Below, in pieces: positions 30,504 to 41,043 of a stretch of 64,000 bases of DNA. The notes under the pieces were generated by a model that saw only the letters and a program-made list of their open reading frames with translations, ran no database searches and was not told the origin of the DNA. Within the stretch, counting starts at the first letter, position 1. Each line of letters opens with the position of its first letter. The position numbers and the translations under genes are program-made. This DNA is from a virus (lineage: Duplodnaviria; Heunggongvirae; Uroviricota; Caudoviricetes), in the IMG/VR virus record IMGVR_UViG_2687453454_000003, positions 1 to 64,000 of that record; one strand, 5' to 3'.

Positions 30504-31145
30504 TCAGCGACCAATCACCACAACCTGACCACCATCCCCTTCGTCTGCCGTGCTGATCTCCTGAGAAACCACGCGTGACCCCACGCGCATTTCACCGTAC
30601 AGAACCGGCAGAACATTGCCCTGGGCAACCATGTTATCCAGTGAAGAAAAATAGGTATTCTGTTTGCCGTTATCCGTTGTCTGTGCGCGGGGGGTTTTGG
30701 GTTTAGGGGCCAGCATCTGTGCAACACCGCCAAGCGTCATACTGGCACCGAGAGAAAACAGCAGATTACTCGCCATAATTCCTACCCCCGGCATCCATAT
30801 AGCAACCGCCATAACAGCCGCCCCAAGCACCACCTGAAACACACCGCCACTTTTAGCTCCCGCCAGACGCGGCACGATGTGGATCACGGCACCATTTGCC
30901 AGCGGCTCATTAAGACGGGCAGATAATTCATTTTCGCCTGCATCACGCCCGGCAATGCGCACCTGATACCAGCCCTCATTCAGTTTCTGACGAAACACCG
31001 GGAGCTGTGTGGCCAGTGCCCGGATGGCTTCAGCCCCCGTTTTCACACGAAGGTCGATACGGCGACCAAATCGTTGCAAATCCCCGTAAAGGCAGATGCG
31101 TGCCATGCCCGGTGACGCCAGAGGGAGTGTGTGCGTCGCTGCCAT
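30504..31145 (-). CDS. tail assembly protein I-like
   Basis: 213 aa; position between K and J. Confidence 0.8.
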   Translation of the reverse strand: MAATHTLPLASPGMARICLYGDLQRFGRRIDLRVKTGAEAIRALATQLPVFRQKLNEGWYQVRIAGRDAGENELSARLNEPLANGAVIHIVPRLAGAKSGGVFQVVLGAAVMAVAIWMPGVGIMASNLLFSLGASMTLGGVAQMLAPKPKTPRAQTTDNGKQNTYFSSLDNMVAQGNVLPVLYGEMRVGSRVVSQEISTADEGDGGQVVVIGR

Positions 31146-31786
31146 TTGTCGGTATACCTCTCTCGTTTACTCAGTTGTTCAGGAATATGGTGCAGCAGCT
31201 CGCCGTCGCCACAGTAAATGGCGGCATGATTCGGCACCGATGAACCAAAACAGCACAGCAGCACGTCGCCAGGCTGCGCCTCTGTCAGTGGGACACGGTA
31301 AAAACCCGTTGCCTCCATATTGTCAAGATAGAGATTCTGGCCGTGACGCCACCAGTCATCCCCGCGATGAAAATCCGGCATCTCAATTCCCGCCAGATGG
31401 TAAGCGTCCCGGAACAGCGTGTAACAGTCCGTCACCCCGTGCTCAAAGCGCCGCCCGGTAAGATGTGGCACACAGCGGAATTTATGAATCGCCCCCCGGC
31501 AGACCAGCCACCACGGCAAATCACTCTGCACCTGCAGCCGCCGGTCGGCCTCACTCAGCCAGGGCAGACCACCGGGGTGGCTGTGGACCAGTGCCACAAT
31601 CTCACCCTGCATCTCTGCCTGCAGCCAGTCTTCCGGCGACATACGGAAATACGCCTCCGGCTCACCGGAGATATTCACGCAGGGAAAATATCTTTCCCCC
31701 TCCGGTGTTCTCACCACGAAGCCGCACGACTCCGCTGGCGCACATCGCCGGGCGTGCGCCAGAATCGCTGATTCTGTCTGTGTCAT
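31043..31786 (-). CDS. tail assembly protein K-like (JAMM/MPN plus NlpC/P60)
   Basis: 247 aa; HSHP..........SE.D JAMM motif; position after L. Confidence 0.8.
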   Translation of the reverse strand: MTQTESAILAHARRCAPAESCGFVVRTPEGERYFPCVNISGEPEAYFRMSPEDWLQAEMQGEIVALVHSHPGGLPWLSEADRRLQVQSDLPWWLVCRGAIHKFRCVPHLTGRRFEHGVTDCYTLFRDAYHLAGIEMPDFHRGDDWWRHGQNLYLDNMEATGFYRVPLTEAQPGDVLLCCFGSSVPNHAAIYCGDGELLHHIPEQLSKRERYTDKWQRRTHSLWRHRAWHASAFTGICNDLVAVSTFV

Positions 31787-31791
31787 GGGAT

Positions 31792-32490
31792 TTACTGCGA
31801 AAGTTTGTTAATGGAAAGGAAGCCGCCAAAGTTGCCGACGTTATTGCGGAACTTACAGCCGCTCAGGCATTTGCTGCATTTATCCTTCGTGATATCGGAC
31901 GTCGGCTGGTCATATTCATCCGCGACAGCCGGACCGTGATAACCGCACTCATCACCGCGATAGGTCCAGGTGCAGGTGTTGGCCAGCATGATACGTCCCG
32001 GAAAAACAGCGCCATCCGTTTCCGTCGGCGTGGACAGTACAAAAGAAGCACTGACCGCACTCAGTTCACTGCACTGCTCGATGCGCCAGCGGCTGATCAC
32101 CTCCTGCTCCGGGTCGGCATCACTGTTTCCGTTGACGAAGTTCACCGCATCCAGAAAACGGGCGTAAACCTTACGCCGGACCACCGTTCCGCCGACCAGA
32201 CTCTGCAGATCTTCCGCCATACCGGTGACCATGCCGTGCAGGTTAGAAACCGTCAGTGTCGGACGGGCAGCACTGCCCTTGCCGTTCAGTTCAAATCCTG
32301 TCCCCTGAATGGGGTATGCCTGATACTGCCGCCCCTGCCAGGTGACCGGCTCACCTTTTTCGTTCTGCTCATTACAGAAAAAATAACGTTCACCACCGAC
32401 CTCTGTCAGATCGATTTCCCAGAGCACCACCTGGGCTGACTGAGTGAGGCGTGTCGTCTCATGATGTGTTTCCTGTGGAATATCCTGCAT
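31792..32490 (-). CDS. minor tail protein L-like
   Basis: 232 aa (lambda L is 232 aa); position. Confidence 0.85.
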   Translation of the reverse strand: MQDIPQETHHETTRLTQSAQVVLWEIDLTEVGGERYFFCNEQNEKGEPVTWQGRQYQAYPIQGTGFELNGKGSAARPTLTVSNLHGMVTGMAEDLQSLVGGTVVRRKVYARFLDAVNFVNGNSDADPEQEVISRWRIEQCSELSAVSASFVLSTPTETDGAVFPGRIMLANTCTWTYRGDECGYHGPAVADEYDQPTSDITKDKCSKCLSGCKFRNNVGNFGGFLSINKLSQ

Positions 32491-32499
32491 CAGAGCCTC

Positions 32500-32829
32500 C
32501 TATGCCACGACCTGTTCAAAATCTGCCGTTATGGTTACCCACAGCGCCCCCACGCTTGCCGACCATTTACGACAAACCACCCTGATCGGCTTCCAGTCAT
32601 AAGGTGGCGTCCACTGAAATGCGCGGACGCCACCGTGCCGTTCCAGAAAGGCTTTTAAAGATGGGTGTTCACATTTACGAACACGTATCGTCACGCTGTA
32701 AATCGACAACTGGTTATTCAGTCCCGCCGCACGACGCTGTTCATAACCATCGCCCAGCTTCACTGTCACCACTTTCGGCTCTGATACCACATTCATATCC
32801 GGGCGCACTTTCCAGTGAAACGTCTCCAT
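32500..32829 (-). CDS. minor tail protein M-like
   Basis: 109 aa (lambda M is 109 aa); position. Confidence 0.85.
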   Translation of the reverse strand: METFHWKVRPDMNVVSEPKVVTVKLGDGYEQRRAAGLNNQLSIYSVTIRVRKCEHPSLKAFLERHGGVRAFQWTPPYDWKPIRVVCRKWSASVGALWVTITADFEQVVA

Positions 32830-35800
32830 TACCGATATGCTCCACTTAACCGACCACCATCACGGGCCTGCTGTTGCATAAAGTCCGCTGCCGCTTTTTT
32901 CCCGAGGTCATAAACCACCTTCAGGGCAGCCGGACCTATCTGCCCGTTCGTGCCATCGTTATTGATCTCGATGTTGTACTGCGGGGCAAACATCGCCATA
33001 CCTGAACCACCAATATCCGCCACAACCCCCAGCTTACCGTCAGCACCACGACGCAGTGGCAGAATGGCTTCAGGTCCCGCTTCCCCCATCACACCCGCGC
33101 CTTTTGCAAAAGCAAAAAACGTCGGACGGTTAACCACCGTGCCACTGTAACGACTCAAATCAGCAGACTGATAAATCCCCCCATTGGCATTCAGGGAAAG
33201 GCTGCTGAGATCAAATCCCAGTACACTGCCAATCCCTTTTATCGATTTCATCATGGTTGCCTGCGCCAGGATTTTCGCCATATCTGACAGCACAGAAGAG
33301 GTGAAGGATTTGAAATTGAGTTTGCCGGTAGTGACAAAAGTTGCCAGGCCATTTCCCATGTTGCTGAAGGCTGACGAGAACACCTGTTCTGCTGTTCCTG
33401 CCGTATTATCTGCATCCACGGTAAAATCCTGAAATGCACGCAGGACTCCGTTTTTCCAGTTACCCTGCACAACTTCAAGCTGTTGCCAGTAACGGCGATT
33501 CTCATTCAGTTGTCGGTTCAGGCTCTCCGTCAGCGCCTGCTCGGCCTTTCTGTAGTCATCCGTGTTATATGTTCCTTTCTGCTCACTATCCCGCCTCAAC
33601 TGCTCCAGCTGTTGCTGGTATTTCTGGCGAAGACTCAGTTGTACCTGATATCGCTGCCGCTGCTGATCACCCATACCCACCGTGGCGATATCCAGGTCAT
33701 GTTGCTGACGCTGAGCGCGCTCTTCTTCAGCCAGTTGACTGGTCAGCTGAATTGTTTTTTTCTTCAGCTCGTTGAGTGCCGTCTGTTTCTGAAGCTCCTG
33801 CTGTTTTACATCCAGCAGCGTCAGTGCCTGAATCAGTTCATCTTTACGGGCCAGCACACTCTTTTCATCTGCCGTCAGTTTTTTCCCGTCCAGGTCGCTG
33901 ATGCGCTGCTGCAGAGCCAGAAGCTGTTTATGCGCTTCTGTCATCCTTTCCGTGGCAATGCCTGCTGACTGTCTGGCAGCAGCAATCTGTCCTTCCACCT
34001 GTGCCTGTTGCTGACTGTACTGCAGCAATAACCGGGTGGCCTCATCATTACGGGTTTCGCGTGTTTTTTTCTTACCGGATGCCAGGGCTTTCTCGTAACG
34101 TTCATTTTCACGTTGTATCGCCGCATCCCTGACAGCCTGATCGGCGTACTGCATGGCATTAATACGCGCAATTTCACGCTGATGTCGTGCAGCTTCCGTT
34201 TCATTCATCCGGTTCAGTGCAGCATTTTCAGCATTACGGCGTTTCTGTTGCTCCTGATAATTCCGCTCTGCCTGCTCTTTTGCATCCTGCAAATCCTTCT
34301 GGCGTTTTTTCTCCTGAAGCTCGTTAAGACGCTGCTGATCGTATTCAACCTGAGAAGATGATGCCGTCCAGGGGAGTCTTTTCGCCCGCGACACTTTCTC
34401 CTGTAAAGCGGCAATCTGTTCATCCAGCGAGTCTTCACGACCAATATTCATGGCCGCATCCCAGAAACGACTCCATAAATCAGACAGATACTTCAGCGTA
34501 CTGCCCAGCGCATTGAGGTTATTATCAATATCCGCAGTACGCCGACCGGTTTCCTCTGCCAGTGCAGACATGGCTATCCGTGCAGCATCACTGGACCGTC
34601 CCTGATCCCCAAGGACACGTATCTGCTCAAGCTGAGTGGCAGTAAGAAAATGCAGCTCATTGTCCAGAGCCTTCGCGGCATTTACAGGATCATCCTTCAG
34701 CCGCTTAAACTGATTTATGGTATCGCTGACCGACTGGCCAACAGATCGCTCCATCTGTGCGGCAGCTCTCGCCACCATACCGATATCGTTTCCACGAAAT
34801 GCACCACTCCCCACCACCTGAGCCAGCGCACCGGCTGCAGCATGTTGCGTGATACCATTCCCGGAAATAGCACGACTGAGCGTCCACAGCTGCCCGGCAG
34901 TGACTCCGGCATAATGCCCCGTCAGCGACAGCTGGCGGTTAAATTCTTCCCCCTCCTTCTGACCGTCATACCAGGCTTTACCCAGACCATAGACAGCCGC
35001 GGCAATACCGCCAATAACCCCGCCAAGCATCATGCCTTTCGGTGACATCAGTGTGTCTATCCACCCGGCACGGTTAGCCAGCGTTATTCCGGATCCCCTC
35101 AGCGCACCTAAATTTCCGCGGGCCAGTTCACCTATCAGAACGCCTATCTCCTGACGGGCCGCTGCACTTTTCAGACCCAGCGAATGCGTGGCTTTTCCTG
35201 CCTGCTCCATTTTGCGGATATACACTTCTGCAGCACTGCTTACCCCCAGCTGGGCAGCCTTAGCACGAAGCAACTCAGAAGAAGAAAGATTCTGGCGGGT
35301 TGCCTGCTCTTTAAGCTGACGGATAAACGCCACTTTCTGTCGGGTAGCCTCTTCCTCAGCCTGTGTAAGAACACGGGTTTTCGCCGTAACCTCAGAAATC
35401 AGCGCCAGATAATCCTGCTGACCAATCCCGCCACTGCTTCTGGCCTGTCGGATCTGCTGCTGAATACGCTGTAATTCCTGCAGCCCCGCACTGGCCTGTT
35501 TCACACTGTCAATCTGACGATAAAACGCAGCAGCCGCTTTATCCTGAGCCTCCGCCAGAGCCATGGCCTGCGCCTGTTCCTCGCGCATTTTCTGGCTCAG
35601 CGCCTCCATGCGCTGGCGGGTTTTCTCCACCTCGCGGGCCATGCGTTCATGAGCCTGTGCGTTCTTCTCCACTGTCTGCGCATGGACGGATGCGGCTGTT
35701 GCAGCCGAAGACGCCGCCTGCGTTGTCTGCCGGGCGGCCTGAGTCTGACGCTCCATAAAACGCTGCATACGGGCAGAAGACCGTTCTGCATCGCTGGCTG

Positions 35801-35924
35801 CACCATTCAGAAGGTTTTTGATACGGGGAATTTCATTTTTAAACTCTGCCGCATCAATCCCCAAATCAATGACCAGGTTGGCTATCTGGTCCATAACGCA
35901 CACCTCCGGAAATACCTTCCCCAA
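32829..35924 (-). CDS. tail length tape measure protein (lambda H-like)
   Basis: 1031 aa, coiled-coil-rich N-terminal two thirds; position between G/T and M. Confidence 0.85.
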   Translation of the reverse strand: MGKVFPEVCVMDQIANLVIDLGIDAAEFKNEIPRIKNLLNGAASDAERSSARMQRFMERQTQAARQTTQAASSAATAASVHAQTVEKNAQAHERMAREVEKTRQRMEALSQKMREEQAQAMALAEAQDKAAAAFYRQIDSVKQASAGLQELQRIQQQIRQARSSGGIGQQDYLALISEVTAKTRVLTQAEEEATRQKVAFIRQLKEQATRQNLSSSELLRAKAAQLGVSSAAEVYIRKMEQAGKATHSLGLKSAAARQEIGVLIGELARGNLGALRGSGITLANRAGWIDTLMSPKGMMLGGVIGGIAAAVYGLGKAWYDGQKEGEEFNRQLSLTGHYAGVTAGQLWTLSRAISGNGITQHAAAGALAQVVGSGAFRGNDIGMVARAAAQMERSVGQSVSDTINQFKRLKDDPVNAAKALDNELHFLTATQLEQIRVLGDQGRSSDAARIAMSALAEETGRRTADIDNNLNALGSTLKYLSDLWSRFWDAAMNIGREDSLDEQIAALQEKVSRAKRLPWTASSSQVEYDQQRLNELQEKKRQKDLQDAKEQAERNYQEQQKRRNAENAALNRMNETEAARHQREIARINAMQYADQAVRDAAIQRENERYEKALASGKKKTRETRNDEATRLLLQYSQQQAQVEGQIAAARQSAGIATERMTEAHKQLLALQQRISDLDGKKLTADEKSVLARKDELIQALTLLDVKQQELQKQTALNELKKKTIQLTSQLAEEERAQRQQHDLDIATVGMGDQQRQRYQVQLSLRQKYQQQLEQLRRDSEQKGTYNTDDYRKAEQALTESLNRQLNENRRYWQQLEVVQGNWKNGVLRAFQDFTVDADNTAGTAEQVFSSAFSNMGNGLATFVTTGKLNFKSFTSSVLSDMAKILAQATMMKSIKGIGSVLGFDLSSLSLNANGGIYQSADLSRYSGTVVNRPTFFAFAKGAGVMGEAGPEAILPLRRGADGKLGVVADIGGSGMAMFAPQYNIEINNDGTNGQIGPAALKVVYDLGKKAAADFMQQQARDGGRLSGAYR

Positions 35925-36195
35925 GATGCATCAGTTCTTCGTCCGTTCGCTCCGGTATCCCGTTCTCTTCCGGTAAAAGGCTGAAATCAGCCACCGCAGC
36001 ATCACTGCTGCCGGACACCATTCTCACGATCAATGCCTTCAGCGAGGCAAACTGCGCATCCATCCACACATCACTGAAGCTCTGCATCCGGAAATAATCG
36101 CCCCACTCACCAAGCTCAGTGGCCGACATTTCCGACAGCATCCGCCGCCAGTCTGCCCGCCGGAACTCCCGGGCAAGCCGCATGACAAACTGCAT
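35866..36195 (-). CDS. tail assembly protein T-like (expected as G-T fusion by -1 frameshift)
   Basis: 109-aa ORF directly after G in a shifted frame, as lambda G/GT. Confidence 0.6.
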   Translation of the reverse strand: MQFVMRLAREFRRADWRRMLSEMSATELGEWGDYFRMQSFSDVWMDAQFASLKALIVRMVSGSSDAAVADFSLLPEENGIPERTDEELMHLGEGISGGVRYGPDSQPGH

Positions 36196-36203
36196 TTCCC
36201 GCG

Positions 36204-36632
36204 TCAGGACTTTTCCGGCGTCAGCACCTCATGCTCCAAATCCCCGGCATTATCAATGGCCCCCATACCGCTCAGCGACAGAACCATCTCCGCCCCCGCA
36301 CCCAGGGCATCATACGACCATGTTGTAATAACGGATGCGTAAAGCGTCTCAACATCCTGAGACTGTTCCGCATTCCACAGTGAGCGGGAAACCAGCCAGG
36401 CATTGATATCCATCCCCATCCGCAGAAAAGCAATCTGTCGTTCAGCCTCCGGCAGTTCTCCCTCTTCGGCATCAAACTTTGCCGTTCGCTGCTGAACAAA
36501 CGCCAGATATTCAATTCTCTGCAGCCCGGACAGCTCACTGAGCACCACGGACTGCTTTTCATAATTAAACGTGCCCTGTTTCAGAAACATCATGTTCTCC
36601 ACCTGCAAAAAAGCCCCGGATAACCGGGGCAA
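36204..36632 (-). CDS. tail assembly chaperone G-like
   Basis: 142 aa (lambda G is 140 aa); position between V and T. Confidence 0.7.
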   Translation of the reverse strand: MPRLSGAFLQVENMMFLKQGTFNYEKQSVVLSELSGLQRIEYLAFVQQRTAKFDAEEGELPEAERQIAFLRMGMDINAWLVSRSLWNAEQSQDVETLYASVITTWSYDALGAGAEMVLSLSGMGAIDNAGDLEHEVLTPEKS

Positions 36633-36650
36633 ATGATGAGTATCGTCCTG

Positions 36651-37400
36651 TTAACCTGCGGCGCTGACAGCCACCGCAGCCACTGCCACAAAATCGCCGT
36701 CAGAAGTCATGCCCACAATGCTGACACTGCCCTGCTTCACGCCTTTCACCGTGGCCACAAGCCCGTTCAGGGTCACCGTGGCAGTCTGTGGATCTGTCGA
36801 ATGCACACTGATCGCTTTGTCACTGGCTCCGTCAGGTTTTACTGTAAAGGTCAGCGTGGTGGTTGCTCCCACTTTTACACTGGCAGATGCCGGTGCCACC
36901 GTCAGCCCGGTAACGCTCACGGTTTCAGTGCCTTCCTCTGCCAGATACGGACGCCCCACACCGCTGATTTTCACTGTGCGGGTCATCACGTCTTTTGAGG
37001 CAATGGTTTTACCCAGTGAGCTCAGCCAGCCACGGAAAACATCAACAGTGCCGTTGGGATATTTGATACGAAACGCGCAGACTTCACCGGAGTCGAACAA
37101 CTGAACCAGTTTTTTCTGCCCGCTGTCACCCGGACGCCAGGCCAGCGTCGCCGAAGTATCACCGACGGATTTCTGCCCCTGGGTTGTCGTTTTCCAGTCT
37201 GCATCTTCATCATCGAGATAAGTGTCATCTTCTGCATCAGCGGTCATTTCGCCAGGTTGCAGATCCTTCACCATCGCAAGACGCAGCCAGTCAGTGTCCG
37301 ATAAAGGGTTCGCAAACGCATCGCCCTTGCCGGTGTACATCCAGAACGTCGTTCCCGCACCTTTCGTTTTTGCCAGTGGATTTGGTGTGGTCATTGCCAC
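36651..37400 (-). CDS. major tail protein V-like with C-terminal Ig-like domain
   Basis: 249 aa (lambda V is 246 aa); Thr/Val-rich C-terminal segment typical of Big_2 domains. Confidence 0.8.
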   Translation of the reverse strand: MAMTTPNPLAKTKGAGTTFWMYTGKGDAFANPLSDTDWLRLAMVKDLQPGEMTADAEDDTYLDDEDADWKTTTQGQKSVGDTSATLAWRPGDSGQKKLVQLFDSGEVCAFRIKYPNGTVDVFRGWLSSLGKTIASKDVMTRTVKISGVGRPYLAEEGTETVSVTGLTVAPASASVKVGATTTLTFTVKPDGASDKAISVHSTDPQTATVTLNGLVATVKGVKQGSVSIVGMTSDGDFVAVAAVAVSAAG

Positions 37401-37405
37401 CTCCT

Positions 37406-37819
37406 TTAATTCGTGTACGTGATCTGGTACGTGATTTCCGCCATCGCCCAGGTGGCCATCTCATTATCACGTTGATAGTTAAAACCGAGTGGGATCAGGG
37501 TGTCGATGAGTCCGGAAAGTGCCGGTATATCATTCAGAGCCGGGAAAATGGTGCTCTCCATCCACATATCCAGCTCTGAATCCGGTGCCTGTGCCCGGAT
37601 GAAGACAGCAATATGCAGAACAGCCTGCCAGTCATCTTCATCCGTCATTTTTCCGGTGTACTGAGCATCACTCAGCCACACCGCCACGGCAGGCAGTTCC
37701 TGCGCATCAATAAATGCCGGAAGCCCGTCAAAAAACGTGGCGCTGTCTCCACACTGTTCCCGAAGGCGTGCCAGTACGGCCTGGCGGATTTGTGTATGTC
37801 GGTTCATCGGGTCAGCCAT
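37406..37819 (-). CDS. tail terminator protein U-like
   Basis: 137 aa; position between Z and V. Confidence 0.75.
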   Translation of the reverse strand: MADPMNRHTQIRQAVLARLREQCGDSATFFDGLPAFIDAQELPAVAVWLSDAQYTGKMTDEDDWQAVLHIAVFIRAQAPDSELDMWMESTIFPALNDIPALSGLIDTLIPLGFNYQRDNEMATWAMAEITYQITYTN

Positions 37820-38382
37820 AACCTCAGTTGTTGTTTCAGTGCATACCCCAGCTGTTTCGGCATTTCCGCAGCAATAATGCGGTCGCGGGCATCTTCAAAT
37901 GCCTGTGTCAGCGGTCCGGACAGCGGGACTTTCACCACATCAATGGGGTAACGATTTTTGCCATCAATACGCCGCATCACATGCCAGCGACCATTCGCCA
38001 GTTGCTGAATAAACGCATCCCGGAAAAGATATTTACCCACCTTCAGCACACTGCCACGGTACTGCAGTTTTCCACCACGCCGGGCCAGTCTGACCCGGGC
38101 TGTCCCCAGCTTAATAGCGGGCAGATTGCCCCGGTTAACGCGGATCCTGGCCGTCATTTTTCCTGACGGACTGGCTTTAAACACCCGGACACGCTGACGT
38201 ACCAGTTTCAGGGTGATCCCTTTCACCTGGTTATCTCCCGCAACGGTATTCCCGGCAACCTGCCGGGTGGCGACCGAGACCGCTTTCTGTGCCACACGGT
38301 TTATCGCCCATGCGCTGGCCTGTGGCACCATACGGGTATCAAGGCTGTTCAGATTACGGATGGCATTCTCAAGCCCCTTCAT
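37804..38382 (-). CDS. tail completion protein Z-like
   Basis: 192 aa (lambda Z is 192 aa); position. Confidence 0.7.
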   Translation of the reverse strand: MKGLENAIRNLNSLDTRMVPQASAWAINRVAQKAVSVATRQVAGNTVAGDNQVKGITLKLVRQRVRVFKASPSGKMTARIRVNRGNLPAIKLGTARVRLARRGGKLQYRGSVLKVGKYLFRDAFIQQLANGRWHVMRRIDGKNRYPIDVVKVPLSGPLTQAFEDARDRIIAAEMPKQLGYALKQQLRLWLTR

Positions 38383-38393
38383 CCCACACCTCT

Positions 38394-38669
38394 TTACTCA
38401 ATAAAGATCATTGGCTTACCGTTAAAACGTTCATGCCGTGTGACCGTCCATTGTTGTCCGTCATAAACAACGCGATCCCCGCGCCGTGGGCGGTATCCCG
38501 AAGAAAACACCACCAGAGAGACCGCAGGTCCGGACAGAGCATTCAGCTCTGCCAGTGTTTCTCCCGGGATCACAGTCATATCGGCATCATTAATCGAGGC
38601 TGTCTTTCCCATCTTTCTGACCGTGATCGCATCCATACGCGCTGCCAGCCGGGAAAAGGGATCAGACAT
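38394..38669 (-). CDS. head-tail joining protein (FII-like)
   Basis: 91 aa; RRGD...W.V.R pattern recalls lambda FII; position upstream of Z. Confidence 0.5.
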   Translation of the reverse strand: MSDPFSRLAARMDAITVRKMGKTASINDADMTVIPGETLAELNALSGPAVSLVVFSSGYRPRRGDRVVYDGQQWTVTRHERFNGKPMIFIE

Positions 38670-39030
38670 TGAGTTTTACCGGCACTTCTTCTGCACTGGT
38701 TCCGGCATCTGCCCAGACAACCCCGACCAGCGGATCAGAGCCGCTGTTAGTCAGCTGAACTTTTCCGGACTTCAGATAAACCTTCTTACCCGTTTTCATG
38801 TCATCCGTTTTCAGCTTAGGCAGCATAAACACACCTTCGGTCATGCCGTCGCCTGTTTCACCCTGTGGAATATCGGTCAGCGCCACCGCAAAAACATCAC
38901 CCACCTGCACCAGATCTCCGCTGCTGATGGCTGCACTGGCAACAATCGCCACCGTTTTTCCTTCTTCTACAAAATTCTTTGCCATAACTGTCTCCGCACA
39001 GCCCCGTTCAGGGGCTGATTTCAGGTACAA
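38662..39030 (-). CDS. head-associated protein (122 aa), function unclear
   Basis: ORF track; lies between capsid and FII-like genes. Confidence 0.4.
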   Translation of the reverse strand: MYLKSAPERGCAETVMAKNFVEEGKTVAIVASAAISSGDLVQVGDVFAVALTDIPQGETGDGMTEGVFMLPKLKTDDMKTGKKVYLKSGKVQLTNSGSDPLVGVVWADAGTSAEEVPVKLNV

Positions 39031-39071
39031 AAAAAGCCCTTACGGGCCATCAGAGTTGTTGTCTGCGACGT

Positions 39072-41030
39072 TTACGCCGTACATTTCACCAGACCGCGGT
39101 GATCAACTGGCGCGACACCGGCGTCAATACGCACTTTCGTTGTCACGCCATCCACACTGAAGCCCTCCATCTGATCAATATATGGCGTATCCACACCGTT
39201 GAGATAAGCCACTTCAATCGTATCGGAGCCTTTTGACGCAGCCAGGTAGAAGGTGGTCTGGCTGTTATCATCAAGACGAGGCTCTGCAATAACGGTCGCA
39301 AAATCTTTCACCGGGTTAATAATACCGGCGTTAATGTCAGCCCCCTTGACACTTGAGGAGCGAATGACCTGGTTAGCAACAGACTCCATCGCCGTCGGTA
39401 CCAGTACGAACGCAGGACGAATATTCAGATGACGCTCCCCCTCTTTCTGAACGCGCATCAACTGGCGGGCTTTATCCAGCGATGCCACGTCCATTGCAGC
39501 GCTCTCCAGTACGTTTGCATGTTTCGCTTTATCGAACAGACTTACATTATCTGTGGAGATTTTCGGGTTAGACGTCAGAATGGCATAAACCAGATCGGCA
39601 ATAGTGGATTTCGCCGCACGGCCCAGTTTCATCGGGACATCGGTCAGCATATTCAGATCATCATTGATAATGGCCTGACGGGTGATACTGAACAGCTCGC
39701 CATAGGTCGCCAGTGCAATAGTGGCCTGTTTATCTCCGGTGGTGACGTATTTATATTCCACCCCTTCACGCACCTGACGCAGAGCACTGAAGCCACCCAT
39801 ACCCACACGATGGGCAATTTTAAAATCAGACAACTGACCTTTCCGCGTCCACTGTTCATAGGTTTCAGGGGCATCTTCCCAGCCCTGCAGAATGGCTTTG
39901 TTCGCAACATCCAGCAGAATATTACCGAAGTCAGACGTACTGTGTGTGAACGCCGCACCGACCATCTGCATCGGGTTATAACTGGAAACCCCAATACCCC
40001 GTTCAGTCAGTGACATACGGGCATATTCACGCAGGGTCATCCCGTTGTAGACATTATCACGTTCGGTTTTTTCAAATCCGGCACGCGCCATCAGCGCCTG
40101 GCGGATCCCGTCCCCCACAAAATTACCGTTACCGGCATAAATATGAGCCGGGGTATTTTTATTGGATGGCGTGGACTCGCGCCCCATCTCGTTCAACAGC
40201 TTTTCGCGGGCCTGCTCCAGCGAACATTCAGGATCGGCAAAACACTGAGCCTGCAGCGTCTGATAACGCCCGCCAAACATGGCAAACAGATCATTAATAC
40301 CGTTTACACGCGCTTTTTGCTCTGCCAGTACCTGCGCACGGATGCTGTTTTCATCCACCACGGGTGCTGCTGCCTGCACTGGCGTCCGGGAGGCTTCAGG
40401 TTCATTATCCTGTACGCGTGGAGCACTGTTGCGTGGCGGAGTAATCATGTTTCGAATGGATTCCGGCATCTTTTTAAATTCCTCTGTACGTTTTGACTGA
40501 ATACATGCCATTGCCTTAACGGCTGGCGTTACCTGATCAGCAAATCCATGTGCCAGACATTCGGCACCGGACATCCAGGTCTCATCCGCCAGCATGGCAG
40601 CAATTTCATCGGTGGTTTTCCCGGTTTTCTGTGCATAAGCGGGTAACAGAACCGCCTCAACTTTATCGAGCAGGTCGGCATAGGTGCGCATGTCCTCCGC
40701 ATCACCGCCCGTAAAGCCAAATGGTTTATGAATCATCATGAAGGTGTTTTCCGGCATAATGACCGGGTTTCCCACCATCGCAATGACCGACGCCATTGAC
40801 GCCGCCACACCGTCGACATAAACGGTAATGGACGCACCATGTGTTTTCAGCGCATTAAAAATGGCGATGCCTTCAAAGACATCGCCACCCGGTGAATTAA
40901 TATGGAGATTAATGTGGGTGATATCGCCCAGTGCATTCAGATCACTGATAAACTGCTTCGCTGTAACACCCCAGAAACCAATCTCGTCATAAATATAAAT
41001 ATCCGCGTCACTCTGGTGACCAGCCTGCAT
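39072..41030 (-). CDS. prohead protease (ClpP/S49-like) fused to major capsid protein
   Basis: N-terminal YIYDEIGFWGV...INSPGGDVFEGIAIFNAL protease pattern followed by about 400 aa capsid-like region; start trimmed to Met after the portal stop. Confidence 0.7.
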   Translation of the reverse strand: MQAGHQSDADIYIYDEIGFWGVTAKQFISDLNALGDITHINLHINSPGGDVFEGIAIFNALKTHGASITVYVDGVAASMASVIAMVGNPVIMPENTFMMIHKPFGFTGGDAEDMRTYADLLDKVEAVLLPAYAQKTGKTTDEIAAMLADETWMSGAECLAHGFADQVTPAVKAMACIQSKRTEEFKKMPESIRNMITPPRNSAPRVQDNEPEASRTPVQAAAPVVDENSIRAQVLAEQKARVNGINDLFAMFGGRYQTLQAQCFADPECSLEQAREKLLNEMGRESTPSNKNTPAHIYAGNGNFVGDGIRQALMARAGFEKTERDNVYNGMTLREYARMSLTERGIGVSSYNPMQMVGAAFTHSTSDFGNILLDVANKAILQGWEDAPETYEQWTRKGQLSDFKIAHRVGMGGFSALRQVREGVEYKYVTTGDKQATIALATYGELFSITRQAIINDDLNMLTDVPMKLGRAAKSTIADLVYAILTSNPKISTDNVSLFDKAKHANVLESAAMDVASLDKARQLMRVQKEGERHLNIRPAFVLVPTAMESVANQVIRSSSVKGADINAGIINPVKDFATVIAEPRLDDNSQTTFYLAASKGSDTIEVAYLNGVDTPYIDQMEGFSVDGVTTKVRIDAGVAPVDHRGLVKCTA

Positions 41031-41043
41031 CCTGAACCAGGAA

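Noticed and set aside
31465-32439. 324-aa plus-strand ORF
   Set aside because: Antisense to the K- and L-like tail genes; composition not protein-like.
39429-40013. 194-aa plus-strand ORF
   Set aside because: Antisense within the protease-capsid gene.
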